Source: Patellaria atrata CBS 101060 | Taxonomy: Eukaryota | Direction: 5' to 3' | DNA: 64,000 bases | Assembly: GCA_010093705.1 (NCBI GenBank) | Contig: MU006093.1 | Span: 889,301-953,300 of the forward strand | In this document: positions 36,218-50,224 of the stretch, one piece after another | Layout of the letters: every line of letters starts with the position of its first letter | Numbering within the stretch: position 1 is the stretch's first letter | The notes under the pieces: generated by a model | Database searches by the model: none | What the model was told of the DNA's origin: nothing | Seen by the model: only the letters and a program-made list of their open reading frames with translations | Made by a program: the position numbers and the translations under genes

Positions 36218-36698
36218 ATGTTTGAAGTAACACATGATCCTCTCCGCTGAAGTCTTTGTAGGGGAATTATCTGTGCTGATTATGAGGACATAGGGAAGAC
36301 GTGCTGCGGACCGTTATCGCCTACGACTACACAGAGCGCGGTCGGTAGTTCTTACTGAGTCCGAATTGGTGGAGATACGTGCTGCACAGAGGACCTTCGA
36401 GGGAGCATACCTTAGAACAGCTCTTGGCCAATTCTCCTTTGCCCTTGTGGTGTTGAAGATTTTTACTTCGGAATTCTACTCCATCGGTGCGCTCTTCGCG
36501 GTGTACGGCGCAGGGGTACTCTTCACCAGTTTGTTTCGGAGACAACAGGGCAATAAGCAATTCTTTTCAGAGATTGGAGAAGACGGATTGAGCAGGAAGA
36601 AATTCAGGACGTCGGGCAATGTCGTCACCGTACTGACTGCATTGAGCATGGCTGCGTACATCTGTTTATTGGTCTTGACGTTTAAACTGGATACATGA
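36218..36698 (+). CDS. Small DUF202-like membrane protein with 3 TM segments
   Basis: EIRAAQRTFEGAYLRTALGQFSF plus hydrophobic segments. Start (ATG TTT GAA, intron 36227-36293) is tentative. Confidence 0.7.
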
Positions 36699-38386
36699 AC
36701 TGGAATGAGGCGAACCGCGATCTTCGCTGCTACAATATATCCGACTGACGTAGAGATCGTATTCGGTTTATATCCTAAATATCAGAAGAGTTGCAAACTT
36801 GACACAGGCAGGGAGGAATAATAGGTCTCATCGAGCCTCCTTACCCGTAGGCAAGGGCAGCGAGCCGACCGGAACTAGAGGCTGAGTGAGATGCGGCAAA
36901 AAAGGAGTATTTAGGTCAGTGAGTTTCCGGCATCGGGCGATAGCTTCTACGGGAATATCAAGAAATTCGAACATGTTTACTCCGTAGATGGTATGATTAC
37001 ATACTGCTTTGCTTGGTGGCTTTTCTTTACGCCTAAATGCGAAAGAAGAAAAGAGAAGTTAAAAGTTCGGACTCACGAGTGGTCATAGACATGGTTGATT
37101 GGCAGGATTTTGCTTGTTAAGTCCCCCAGCAGCCAGGCCCGTGGGGGAAGCCTTGCAGGCGTTCGTGGCAGCCAAAATGTGCAATTCGGCCTTCGGGCCT
37201 TGCTTTTGAACACTTTGCCTGCTGGAGGAAGTGTCGGGTTGCTACAACACCGCAGGACAGGCCAGAGCTGGACGTCCTCCTCCTCTCCACCATGATTCTC
37301 CTTCTGGATTTACCATCGACGCCTATCTCGGATATCACTTGGCAATGTGACAGGAATAGTGTACCTTAGCTGTAGTAAATTGAGTATTTGACGGGCATTA
37401 GCTCGACGGCACCCATTGTTGGATTTTTGACTATAACTATTATTGCTCTCGGTCAATAGTAAAAAGCTGGCTTGATACCCGAGTGACTCTCTATCAGCAT
37501 CTTACACCACCTTCAGCAAAATTCACCAGCATCCCCCTCCTCTCCAGCTGAGTTATTGTTCGTCAGAATAACTCATTATTGCTTCTTCCAAATCTGCCCA
37601 TACTCTTTGCATTATCTATCCGCCTACCTACTAATAATACGTACCGCGCACGTTACGAGATAGCTTCACTATCAACAACTGTTCAACACCACCAACACGG
37701 TTCCCCAGGTTCACCATACTTACGTGCAAACGCCCGACGTTGAACGCGTAATCTTCATTTGTTCATTTCCATTCATCCTCTGCGGATCGGCTTCATCAGC
37801 TTCCTCGTGAACAGCTCATTTGGCCGACGAGTTGTCGAAACAGCATCAAACTTCCAAAGCGGGCGTCCCCCATCCAAGGTCTCCATGAGAGTCTGACTAT
37901 CAGAACAAACCATCCACTCAGCACGCAGTATTTGTTGAGTCGACTGCTGCTTTTTACGGGAATAGCTGTCCAGCCCATCGAGGACTCAAATCCCCAAGAC
38001 CCCGCACTTTTTCAAAGATTCATTCAGTTTCATCGAACGCTTCATTCGACTTCATTTAACTCCTTATTTAGAGTACAAGTGTGAGGGTATATCTTTGAAT
38101 CTGGTTAACTAGCACGCCTAGACAGTTTTCGCTGCACAATCAAGCTCTTTGGGGCTACCCGGGCCTACCTGGGGCCTACCACAGCTACCAACTACGCCCA
38201 ACCAGCGTTCCCTAGCCGAGAAATCCAAGGGGGGCCGACGGGTACCAAGCCTTAGTACCAGCCCTTAAACGAACCTGCACAACCCACCGTGTGCACCTAT
38301 CGCGCGGCCAATTTAGCACGACGTGGTTCAGGGCATTCAGGCACCTCTAGGCTCTAGCCCTGGCTGCTGCTATCGCTTCTGTCAAT

Positions 38387-40746
38387 ATGCCTTTAATCCA
38401 AGACTGTGCTATCGACCAGTCTGACGACACCGCCTCACAAACTTCCGACTGCTCAACGAGCTCCGAACCTATCCCAATTCCGGGGCGCTCTTCACCTCCT
38501 TCAAACCCCGTCAAAACCGTTCGTAGACAAAGTCAACATTCGGTTTTCGCAAGATCTGTACTTATGAGCAAACTCCCGCCGCTTGGCACTGACGGCTCCC
38601 TTTACGCAAACTCGGAGAGAGGCATCGCCCTCGGTGAAAACCATGCTTCCGTTCGAGATCACCCTACAGAAGGCCCTCCAGCCTCTGACGTTCTGAAGCA
38701 GGCACAAGGAGAGCTGAAGCCACGACCGAGAATGAACTCCACACCGAGCGGTCATCTTGGACAGCCGCAAACCAACAGAGATGGTGTAGGAGCTGCATTG
38801 AGCGACACACCACTTCCGTCTGCACCAAATAGTCCCCGGATGTATGATTTTCCAATTCCGTACTTCCCCCCCTTACAAGCTTACTACTAACACGTTGCAG
38901 TACTGTGAAGAGAACAAACTCTACCGCATCTACGCCTCGGATACGACCCACTACACTTGATATCCCCGGCCTGACCAAGTCCAAGGTCTCTCCCGATGGA
39001 CGTATTGCCCAACGTGATGTTGGCTCGAAGCTACTTATATGCATGGTCGGTTTACCGGCCAGGGGAAAGAGTTATATCACAAAGAAGTTGGCCAGATATT
39101 TAAACTGGCTACAACATAGCACGGAGATCTTCAACGTCGGAGAGAGGCGTAGAATTGCTGCTGGAAGCGGTGGCGTTCACCATCCTCCACACTTCAATAT
39201 GCAACCGGCTGAGACTTTGCGCCGAGAGAGCGTTACGAGCGCCGGAGCCAACGGAATTATAAACAATATATCGCCATTGCACGGAATACAAGCCGCCGCG
39301 AAGATACTGGTTAACGGCGAGGTTCCAATTGAGCCTCTTAGCCCTTTGACACTTCCCGCTGCTACTCAGGATATGGTAAACGGTATAAGCACGCTTGATG
39401 CCCACCATGCCCATCTTGAAGCACAGTTTGGGGAGATACATCGACCGTCCACACCCGAAGAGCTCCCAGATACCGAAGCTATGGATCAGTCTGCGAGTTT
39501 CTTTGATCCCTCGAATCGCAAGGCAGCATTGATCCGTGAGCAGGTCGCCATGGAGACCCTAGACGAAGCACTGGAATTTTTATTGGTCAAAAATGGTTCT
39601 GTGAGCATTCTAGATGCAACAAATAGCACAATGGAGCGAAGAAAACTCCTCATGAAGAGGATCCGAGAGAAAGCCGGACCAGAACTGAACGTTCTCTTTG
39701 TGGAGAGTCTATGTCTCGATGAGCATCTTCTCGAGTCGAATATGCGACTAAAGCTTTCCGGACCAGATTATAAAGACAAAGATCCTATTGAGGCGCTCGA
39801 GGACTTTAAGAAGCGTGTGGCTATATACCAAAAGAACTATGTCCCTCTCGGAGAATATGAGGAGAAGAACAACATGCCTTACGTCCAAATGATTGATGTT
39901 GGTCGTAAGGTTATCTCTCATCAGATTCACGGCTTCCTATCTAGTCAAGTTGTATACTACCTGTTGAACTTCAACCTCGCTCCGCGACAGATCTGGATCA
40001 CCCGTCACGGCGAGTCGCTCGACAATCTGCACGGCAAAATTGGTGGTGACTCAGATCTCAGCGAAAATGGTCGTCGGTACGCACAGGCCATGACCAAGTT
40101 CATTGACAGCGAACGCCGAATCTGGGAAATGCGTCAAGTCGATAAAGCGAATCATACACACTTTCCCCCGCATCCAGGCGATCATACCCCTCCAAATCCG
40201 CATTACTATTGCCAGGATGGCGAAGACGTTCCTACCAAGAACTTCTGCGTCTGGACTTCAATGCTTAAACGAAGCATCCAATCTGCGGAATACTTCGACG
40301 ACGAAGATTATGAGGTTAAGCAGATGAAGATGCTTGACGAACTTTATGCTGGCGCCATGGAGGGAATGACTTATGACGAGATTCGTAATAAGCATGCCGA
40401 TGAATTCGAACTCCGCAAGACAGACAAGCTTGCTTATCGCTATCCCGGCCCTGGCGGAGAAGGATATCTGGATGTTGTCAATCGCCTCCGTCCTGTTATC
40501 ATCGAACTTGAGAGGATGACCGATCACGTCCTACTCATCACACATCGCTCCGTTGCAAGGATTTTACTGGCGTACTTTCAGGGTCTGCGGCGCGACCAAG
40601 TTGCAGATCTCGACTGCCCTCTCGGTATGCTCTATTCCTTAGAGCCGAAGCCTTACGGAGTTGAGTTTCGTGCTTACCGCTATAATTCGGAGACGGCATG
40701 GTTTGATAATCTACCAGACTTCCAACTCAAAAGAGAAGGGCATTAG
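38387..40746 (+). CDS. PFK26: 6-phosphofructo-2-kinase / fructose-2,6-bisphosphatase
   Basis: P-loop MVGLPARGKS, FNVGERRR, LDATNST, KLSGPDY; histidine phosphatase motif ITRHGES. Intron about 38842-38900. Confidence 0.9.
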
Positions 40747-41935
40747 GACATGTCGCCCCTTTTAGCAGCCGTCTATTCCGGCGCCACTTTCTCCCCTCCC
40801 GCTTTACGACTTATGAGTTTTTTTTTTCTGATGGATAGTTGAGCGATACTGCTTTAATCCAATTCGTCTTCCTCGGCCTTCTCCACTCAGTCGTTTGACA
40901 GTAACAGCATTCGGGCGGCGTCCTAGCGTGTTTTTGATCCTTATAGTATGGGTTTGCTGTCGTTCCTTACGTATGTCAACGGTCAGGGCTTTTATTCTCG
41001 GCGAGTTTCGAGAGGTAATGATGAGGCCTGCACAATAGCGTATCAAGACATCTTAGCGTTATGTTTACAGTATATTTCGGGTTCAGCTTGAGTGGTCTTC
41101 GGATTAGGTTGTGTCTAGCTTGCTGCGGTTTTCTTGAGGACTATTGGGCGTTGCTGCCGTCGCCGGTTTTTTAAAGTCTTAGTCTTATGATGGTGGCATT
41201 TTCATTCATGGCGTAGTCTCTTGCGTTTGTACTTTTGCGATGGGGAGTACTTAAGGGATCAAATTCTTGCTGATGGCCTTCATTGTGTTGACTGGTGCCG
41301 GTTGGGACAGAGGAAGAGTCCCATGGGCATTCGACGAGAGCCACTTCTTTACAAGCCGCTTTATGTATACCATTATCGACTACCTTTAATGCTCAATTGA
41401 GGTAGTCTAATCGAACCCAATGGGTAATATAGTGACTTTGCAATGCGAAAGGTGATTTTATATTCATTTTCATCATGGTCAGTAAGAAACTACAGCTACC
41501 CTTGTACCTAGGATGTAGCACTTGACATACTGAATGAGCACCAACCAATGATACATATAACGGAAGTAGGTAGCTCTCTTCTCGGTCCCGAGCGACTGAT
41601 GGTAATATATCGTACATGATGCTGATGCATGACGACGCGTGGCATACTTATCTATAATTGCTTTAAACGGAAGGAACATAGCGGATCGTTTCCCAATCCA
41701 ACATTCTTACCTTACCACACCAAGTCGTACCTGCGTGTTCGGGACTTTGCATACATAGTCGATCGAAACTACCGTAATCATGAGCCTGTCTGCCTAAGGT
41801 ATAGATAGTACTTTCAACTTTCTCGTTCATCCAAACCTCAACCAAGCATAACAAACAACATAGTTATCCTCGAAAACTTGTAGTCTCTCATTGCATTTAC
41901 TTATTTTATAACGCTCGTCCTTACCATTCAGCAAC

Positions 41936-43204
41936 ATGTCATCTGACCAAATATACACCCGATTGGAGCGTCTCCAAATGGAAGAGATACCACGGCATTC
42001 CTCGCTGAGAACGTGGCAGAGAATCAATGCGTGCGAATTCGATACACCGGCCGAGTTTGCATGTGCAATACTAAAGGAAGGACAAAAATTCATCACTCAA
42101 TATCTCAGAGATGCCACTGGAACAACAAAGAGGAAAACACCAGCTAGTGATGGTATTATCACCATTAGGTCCAAGCTTTATAAATCCTCGGATCTCCCAG
42201 CTCGTCGGGACGGACACACACGACAAGACGAACGCTGGACTTCTAGATCCAGCACACATGAGGACAAGAGTGCGTTTAGAACAGCAAGTTGGGATGAATT
42301 TAACGCCGTCTTGTTTACCGATCGAAACCGTAACGAGGGAAGATATACACCGGATATCCTCGAAGTTACAGAGGTGTGCAATTGGAATGATAAGATGCCG
42401 CAACTCGAAGATGGCTTGACAGACATTTCTTTAAGCTGTAAGTAAACATCATCATCTTCTTTCCCTTAACCTTGCTTCTTATGAAAGTCTATTCCAGCAA
42501 ATTTCATACTAGAATCATCTCTTCTATTGTCACAAATTTCACTCCTTAGATGCTGTGCGCATGCTCCACCCTCGCTAGAGGACACCCAAGCATATATTTT
42601 GATATGTTTCCAAGGTAGGAAAATTGTATGTTTCACACGGTTTATGGCCATCTGTACGGTTTGATTTCTGGCGTACAGTGGAGTCAAATGTCATTCTAAG
42701 ACCAATGGCAAGCGCACAGCAACCTAGAAGTGTCATGACAAGGGAAAGAAAACGATTTGACATGACCTAACTTTTCATGGGCCTCTGCAAATCTTGTGGA
42801 AATCTTGTGGAAATCTTGTGGAAATCTTGTGGAAATCTTGTGGGCTAATATTCCTTCTAGTATGGGCTATGTATCACAAGATGCCGACGTTCTTGAGCAA
42901 TCGTCGTTTCATGGTTATTGTCGCCACAGCGCGCTTCTCAGACAACATGTTCCTTACCGTGAAAGTTCCTGTCGAACCTGTGCACAATTCAACGCGGCCT
43001 TGTATTGATGGACAGTACGTTAGTATTGAAAAGGTCGAACGTTTTCCAGACTCGAGGGAAATCCAATGGGACATGGCAACGGCAAGTGATGCTGGTGGTA
43101 TGCTACCTTTGTGGGTTCAGAGACCTGGAATTGGACCCGCCATTGCAAAAGATGTTGGTCTGGTTATGAAGTATCTACACTCTTTCCGTGTAGACAGTGA
43201 TTGA
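41936..43204 (+). CDS. DUF3074 / START-like domain protein
   Basis: W..RSSTHE...ASWDEF...NEGRYTP in exon 1; GQYVSIEKV and WDMATASDAGGMLPLWVQ..IAKDV in exon 2. Intron 42438-42860 joins in frame. Confidence 0.75.
42789..42843 (+). repeat. Perfect 11-bp tandem repeat (AAATCTTGTGG)x5
   Basis: Read directly from the sequence. Confidence 0.95.
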
Positions 43205-44277
43205 AATTTTGTAAGTAAAGAGACCCCTAACTGAATTTATGTGTGCGATGTGCTTATAAGGGCTATTCTAGACGTGAATGAAGTAATTCCAAAGATTCGG
43301 TTAGCAGCCGTTACGACTTACCTTAATTAAACCACATTGGTGGGAAAACTTGGGTGTTACAGACACCGATGACGATTTTGGTATGTGTCAGGTCTAGTCA
43401 GAAAATAATCTTGCTAATACCTCTTTGATAGGCTTTTACGTTTCTCACGGCAGGTTAGTGATAAACTGCCGTGCAAGGAACCTAGACTTTGAGATACCAT
43501 TTAACTACGATCTCCTTTACATCAGGAGGATGCTGACATGTTTCTAGGATCCAGTCTTAGTCATGGTCATAATAGGCCAACAGATACCCACACTTCGTTT
43601 TCTTCCTAGTGATTTCTAGTCTAGGCTGGATCTGAATTCTCATTTGGTATATAAGGGTTCATGTCCCTTTCCCAGCCAGAAAGTCAAGTATGGAAGGATG
43701 AGATGTTTTCTATGTGGTTTACTCGCTTGTACTTATTACTCTCTTTAGATACCACTATGGTAATCTTTACTTTCACCACTGACGTAGGGTTCATGTTGGG
43801 TTCTGTGACTGATACTGAAACTCATGTAGGCGAACACTGACATCTCCACTTAAGTCTTCTACCCTACCTTATTCTTGATGATAAGGGGTGGACTAACAAT
43901 TGGTATTGCGGTTCATAGACGCGAGAATTTGTACAGACAATCATTTTGCATATGCGGACACCTTTGGGAACAATTGAATGGCGTACTATACTGCACTGGA
44001 ATGTACAAAGGAGCTTCATCCAAAGGGAGTCAAGAAGAGTAAAGATTGAATGCCGTATGAAAACATCCAACTTGTCCTATGCACAGGTGAGTGGAGGTGA
44101 ACCTAAATTCCGATGTCACTAGTTGTGGCTGGTGACCTTGGGCGCCACAGACCCTTGAACTACCTTAAGGGACGCGCCCCGCGACGACACATCCGCTTAG
44201 GTTGACCTCGAAATATTGGCATAGAATTGCTGATAGAATATAGGACGCTCGCCATATGGATTTTTGGGAACAGGACC

Positions 44278-47121
44278 ATGGCTTCTCATCCTTCGCGATC
44301 AGCATCAACAGCTGAGCGTCGCACAACTTCCGCCTCCACATATGCAGCCGGCTCGCGACCCCGCGTTCCTTCCTCCAACGATACTTCAGACCGAAAACAG
44401 CGAGGTGAAAGAGGTGAAAGAAATGGCAATGAGCAGGTTAGTACTTCAAGAAGGGGAGCAATGGCGACCAACGTTTCAGAACGGCGAACGGAGAAAAAAA
44501 ACACCATCACCCGGGAAACGGTGTCAGTTCGGACGCGAAGCCCATTGAAGCATACAAGTGAAAGTCGCGTCAACGCGAGAAAAGGGAAGGAGAGTGACAA
44601 ACCCTTGAGGGCAAGCGCGACCACCTCAGCCCCGGGACCGAAGAAGACCGAGGAAAAACGTGAGTGCACTTTCAACTCTGAAAATGGAACGATACCTTGC
44701 GTGGAAGAAGTCGAGATTAACAGCGTATCATATAGCACCATGGAATCCGCAAGCCTCACTTATACCGCACACATCTGCCCCATTATCGTCGCGGATATCG
44801 GTTCCTCCACTTGCTTCGTCGGCGCCGCAATCACTAGAAGCCCAACCTCTCAGTGAGCTTTCGCTAGAGTCGCAGGAGGTCTCGATTATTGAGGATCTAT
44901 TGTTCGTATTTATGGGCTTTGAAGGATCATATATACGCTATGCGGACTCTTACAACCCTAAGGAAGAAAAGGATCGATTGATGGGACCTTCGTTCTGTAT
45001 ACTCCCTGGACTGGATCCGAGTTTGCGGGACCTCACAGAATCTATGCTAAAGATGGCAACACAGTACTCGGCATTGGAAGCATTTATAGAGGTCCAGAGC
45101 AGAGAAGAGTTCGGTGCCGTGAACCATGCTCTATGTGCTGCTGTACGGAAACTGTTGAAAGATTACCTGATACTCATGGCCCAATTGGAACATCAGATGC
45201 TGACTAACACATCATTTACGCTACATGTCCTAAACTTACATACCAAACCGACAAGTCATATGCTTTTCCAATTGTATAGTTTAGGATTGGAGTTGCTGAA
45301 AGCTAACAATATCCTCGAGGACGAACTTGATGATTCACTGGACGAAACTGACGGTAATATCGAGGATATATTAGAGTCATTGAGAGAGGGTGGAGGTCAA
45401 GGAGCGACCGGTAAGAAGATGTGTAAAGGTGGGAGTACCTTAGGTCTGATCACAAAGAGATTGGCATCCTTGTCAGGAGATCCGGCCGCGCGAACACTAC
45501 TTACAACACTTCTGCGAGAAGCAAGTCGGCCATATATGGCCATGCTAAACGAGTGGCTACATCATGGCGGGATCAAAGATCCTCATGCTGAGTTCCTGAT
45601 AAAGGAACAAAAGAGCATCAAACGTGAGAGACTCGATCACGATTACACGGATGAATACTGGGAAAAGAGATATACCATTCGTGATAACCTCGTTCCACCT
45701 CAATTGGCCGCTGTTAAAGATAAGGTTCTTCTCGCTGGGAAGTATCTGAATGTTGTCAGAGAGTGCGGAGGTGTTGATGTCAGCAAGACATTGCAAGATG
45801 TACCCACAACTTTCGACGACCCAAGCTTCCTGGATAATGTGAATAGTGCTTACGCTTATGCCAACTCCTCACTACTCGAACTACTACTCACAACGCACGC
45901 GCTACCAGCACGTCTTCGTTCTCTCAAACATTACTTCTTCCTCGACAGATCTGACTTCTTTACCTACTTCCTCGAGCTCTCAACTTCAGAGTTGAAAAAG
46001 CCCGCAAAACACGTCAATATCGGAAAGCTCCAATCACTGCTGGATATCGTGCTCCGGCAACCAGGAAGTGTGGCCGCAGAAGATCCATTCAAAGATGATG
46101 TAAAAGTGCAGATGAACGAGACTGGACTGACAAACTGGCTTATCAAAATCGTCAACGTCACCGGTCTCGATCAAGACGCAGCGCCAGGAACAATATCAAA
46201 CTATTTCACCCCCGCCGCACAACCGAATGCGGCAGACGATAAAGACATCATCGGATTCGACGCATTGGTGTTAGACTATTCCATGCCATTCCCCCTTTCT
46301 CTCGTCGTCAGCAGAGTCACGTTGACGAGATACCAAGTCCTATTCCGCTACCTCCTTTCTCTCCGACATCTAGAAACCCTACTCGTCGGCAGCTGGATGA
46401 ACCACAGCAAAGGTGTAAGCTGGAAACACCGCAGCTCGAACCCGAAAATCGAGCTGTGGAAACGCAAAGCCTGGACTTTAAGGGCGCGCATGCTATGCTT
46501 TGTACAACAGCTTCTGTACTACTGTACGGCCGAGGTCATCGAGCCGAACTGGCAGTCGCTGATGTCGAGACTCGACGCACAGAATGAGGACACGAAAGCC
46601 GGTGAAGGCGACAGTAAGGCGAAGAGGACGGTTGACGAGCTGATGCAGGACCATGTGGACTTCTTGGCGACGTGTTTGAAAGAGTGCATGTTGACGAATT
46701 CGAAGTTGTTGAGGGTACGTTTACCTCCCCCTTTCCATCACCCCCATACTAGACTGGAGAAATAACACCATACCTAACACCCATCCCACAGATCAACTCC
46801 AAAATCCTCGCCACCTGCACCTGGTTCGCAAACTACACCGCGTCCTTCTCCCGCTACCTCGCCGCCGCCGACTCCCAGCTCTCCGCAAACAACCTTTCCA
46901 AGACCGCCGCGTCTCAGCAACAGTACGATCCCGCCAAGCTCGATACCCTCATCGATCTGCTGGGGAAGTATGAGGATAACTTTACGAGGCATTTGAAGGT
47001 GCTGCTGGATGCGCTGAATTATCTCGCGGCGACGGAGACGGTGGTGTTTTTGAGTCTTTGCTCGAGGTTAAGTACGGCGAGTGAGGGCCTGCCGGGGGTG
47101 GGGGTGCCTAGTTTTGGTTGA
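44278..47121 (+). CDS. SPC97: Gamma-tubulin complex component GCP2 (Spc97/Alp4)
   Basis: IIEDLLFVFMGFEG, DYTDEYWEKRYT, VLLAGKYLNVVRECG, SLKHYFFL, CLKECMLTN. Introns about 44660-44734 and 46716-46791. Confidence 0.9.
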
Positions 47122-47446
47122 TTCATCTTGTCTTTGTCGCGTGCGAAAGGGTTTTCATTATTTGTGTTCGTGTTACGCTTGATGTGGGAAATGCTGGGTG
47201 TCTGGTCTCGGGTTGTGGGAGGAGGATTTCGGCGTTACGATTGTGCTTGTAAGGGTGAAAGGTGATGGGAAAAGTGCCCAGCTTGAGAGTTGAGTCTTAG
47301 ATGAAACGAAAACGAAACGAAATGAGGATATCGATCGATTTGGGTATATTACTACAAATTACCAAATATACACTCCCACCCCTTCCCGCTCTACATACAC
47401 CCACCACCCCAAGATAACTAACCCCCCACCCTCGCCCTCACCCAAC

Positions 47447-48529
47447 CTACCGCTTAGCCAACCGCGGATCCCTCGCGCGATCATACCTCCTCTCGATCCC
47501 GGAACCCGCCGTCAAAGGCGTAACAGGCGAAGCAGGACTAGCATCGCTATCCCTCTCCCTCTCCCTCTCCCTCCCGCCTAGACTTCCCCGCCGATCTAAC
47601 CATATATCACCGCCATCCTCTTTATTCCGCGCACGTATCACACCGATGCTGCCTCTTCGGTCTGTCCATACGCCGGTCAAGGGGAGTCCTTTTTCTTTTT
47701 CGGTCGAGGTGGCGTGGTGGGGTTCTGGTCGCGGGTCACGGGGGGAGACGGTGCTGCGGATGGGGCCGCGGTGTGTTGATGGCGAGGCGGGGGAAGTGCG
47801 GGATTTGGGACCTGCGGGGGCAGCGGTGGTGTTGTAGCTCGGCCACGCCGGGGGTCGAGGGGGTGCTTGAGGGGGTGGTGGAGGAGGTGGTGGTTCACTC
47901 TCCTCCTCCTCCTCCTCCTCCTCCGGAGGTAAACCGGCCTCTCTCACCGCCACCCCGTCCTCGACGCTGAAATGTCGTTCCACGTCCTCCTTCTTCCATA
48001 CGCGCGCGGGCTTCGTGCGCGCATCGTACGCTTCCAGCTCGTCGAAAGTGCGTTTAGCGAGCAGGAGCAGCGGGAGGGCTGGCGTGGTGTTTGTGTTCAG
48101 TGGAGGGGGATAGCTGCGCGGGATCGGCGGGATGGAGTGCCCGGGTTTGATCCGCGGGTCTGTTTCGCCTTTTGAGGTGAGAAGGGCGTGGAGCTGGTCG
48201 TGGGAGAGGCCTTTTTCCTTCGGGCGCGTGGGATCGGGGCCTGGGGTTTGGGTGCGGAGGGTCTCGGCTTCGTGGAGGGCGGCGGCGAGGATGTTCTGTT
48301 TCACCGCGAGCGCGTGGGCGGTTTTGTTGGTTTGGAAGGCGGAGGGGTTGCTGGTGGGGAGGGGTGTGAGGGGTGGATGGGGGAGGAAGATGGAAGGGAG
48401 GATTCTGGATTTCTGCGTGGTGGCGGGGAGTTAGGACTTGTAAGGGGGGATTGAGGAGTGGATTTTGGTGGGACTTACGATTTTAGGATCTTCTAGGGCG
48501 TGGATGCCAGGTGACTTTGTGCCCGCCAT
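47447..48529 (-). CDS. Hypothetical protein with acidic/Pro-rich region, ending YDRARDPRLAKR
   Basis: ATG at 48529, GTAAGT donor near 48478 with a CTAAC branch site, then a long open frame. No family recognised. Confidence 0.6.
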
Positions 48530-49065
48530 TTGGTGTTTGGTTACACCGCTGGGTTGTCGTGAGAGTCGTTGGATTTTAGGTCGCGGTGTGGATAAGGAGC
48601 ACCCTGCTAGCCCACTTGTAGTTCTACGCTACTACTTTCTTATCAAAACTACGGTATCTCTAACCTTATGGTACGGGAACATATAGATGTACGGTAATTC
48701 TCATTTGTACAAACAACCTATTCATGTTGGTTCAGGTGCTGTACAGTACAGTACAATACCTTCAGTCGTCTAAAAAAGATCTCTAACTCTACCGTACAGG
48801 AATGCCGAAGCCGTGCGGAGCCCTCCTAGCTGGATGTACGATTGACAGTGTTGAAAGTGAAATCTTTCCGAACTTCGAACTCAACAGTGTGCCAGTCGTT
48901 TAGCAAGAGTAGCAGAAATCGCAGAATCCTCACGGTGAGAGGAGGGTACATACACAAGCACAAGAAAAGCGTATGAGATTCGTAATGCGTTCGCTACATA
49001 AACTCGTATCTAAATGATCATTTACAACTACTTATACTCGTCCGGCTCCAGCCTCTGTCTCTACT

Positions 49066-50224
49066 TCACAGTCCCTTCTCCTTCTCATATACTTTTGCTG
49101 GCTGGCCCGGACCTTGTTCCCCTGTTTGTGCCATATGAAGAACATACGGCTCATTTGTTTGGGCCGGTTGTTCAACACGCGCTTCGTCTGTCTGTACCGC
49201 CCGAGCCCTTACCGGTACTTCGGTTCGTGCTGCTCTTGTAGCCTTCTGTTGCATGCTCAAAGCCGTTGGGGTTGGCTTACCTGGTGTCTCGATCGGTGCC
49301 TTGGTAACGATCGGTTCGGAGGGATACTTCCCAAATTGTTTCTCGAAATACCGGGACAAGACATAGAGTGCAAGATTTTCCGAGCTCCTCGAGGTGTAGT
49401 AGCCCGTGTTGGGATTGTGAGGGCACTCTTCGAAATTCGCTAATATCTTAGCCCTTGTCGGACCGTATGTACCTCCAGTCTCGTTCTTCCCGTTCGTTCT
49501 CCAGGTCATTTGTACGTCCCTGACGAAAAGCTCGTCCCTTGTACGACCGTCAGTCCGCCACACTTTTTCCATGTGGAAGAATTCGTGAGCAACAGTTTTC
49601 ACTACAAGATCGGTAGCATTATTGTCGGCATAGCAACGCTCGGCAGCGATGTCACGAGTATGACGTACCTTTGTTCCATGCTAACTTCTCCATATCTCCT
49701 CTTGCGTCCTTATCCCTCTTACCTAGCTGAATCTTTTCCTCGAGCGTGTCTGCGCTAAACCAAGGTTTACAGAAAGTGACGGTATCACCAGGAATCGAAA
49801 CATACGCGTTTGCGGAGCAACCCATATCACACTTAATCTCCAGTGGAGACGGTGTGCCTTGATTCAAATTGGCCCACTTGGTGAGCAAACCTATACAAAA
49901 TCAGCAATGGTCTCAATATCGATTCGGAATCGAGTCTGGTAACTTACGTTGTATGCGAGCGGCTCTCTTCCCGACATTCTTCCCTAGATAGTCAACTGCA
50001 GCAGGGTGCGTCCAGTTTATAGGGGGGGACTTACGTACAAATTCTAGGACGTTTGATGTTGCTCCAAGCGCGGTTAGAATCGCTTCTTGTTGTTCCGAGC
50101 TGCATGTTTCGTTTCCAGCATCCAAAAAGCGGACGTTGTACTGATTCGCAATACTAGGGATCACTGCAGAGATGACTGGGAGAGAAAAGGAGAGGACTGG
50201 TAGTACTAAGGCCGTCCAATACAT
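49066..50224 (-). CDS. Secreted zincin-like metalloprotease (HEXXH; M35/deuterolysin-like)
   Basis: Hydrophobic signal peptide; TFCKPWF, VAHEFFH, TYGP and SENLALY motifs. Introns 49891-49947 and 49602-49668 join in frame. Confidence 0.7.

Noticed and set aside
42789..42843. Tandem repeat as a CRISPR or telomeric array
   Set aside because: No spacers, eukaryotic intronic context, and not TTAGGG-like.
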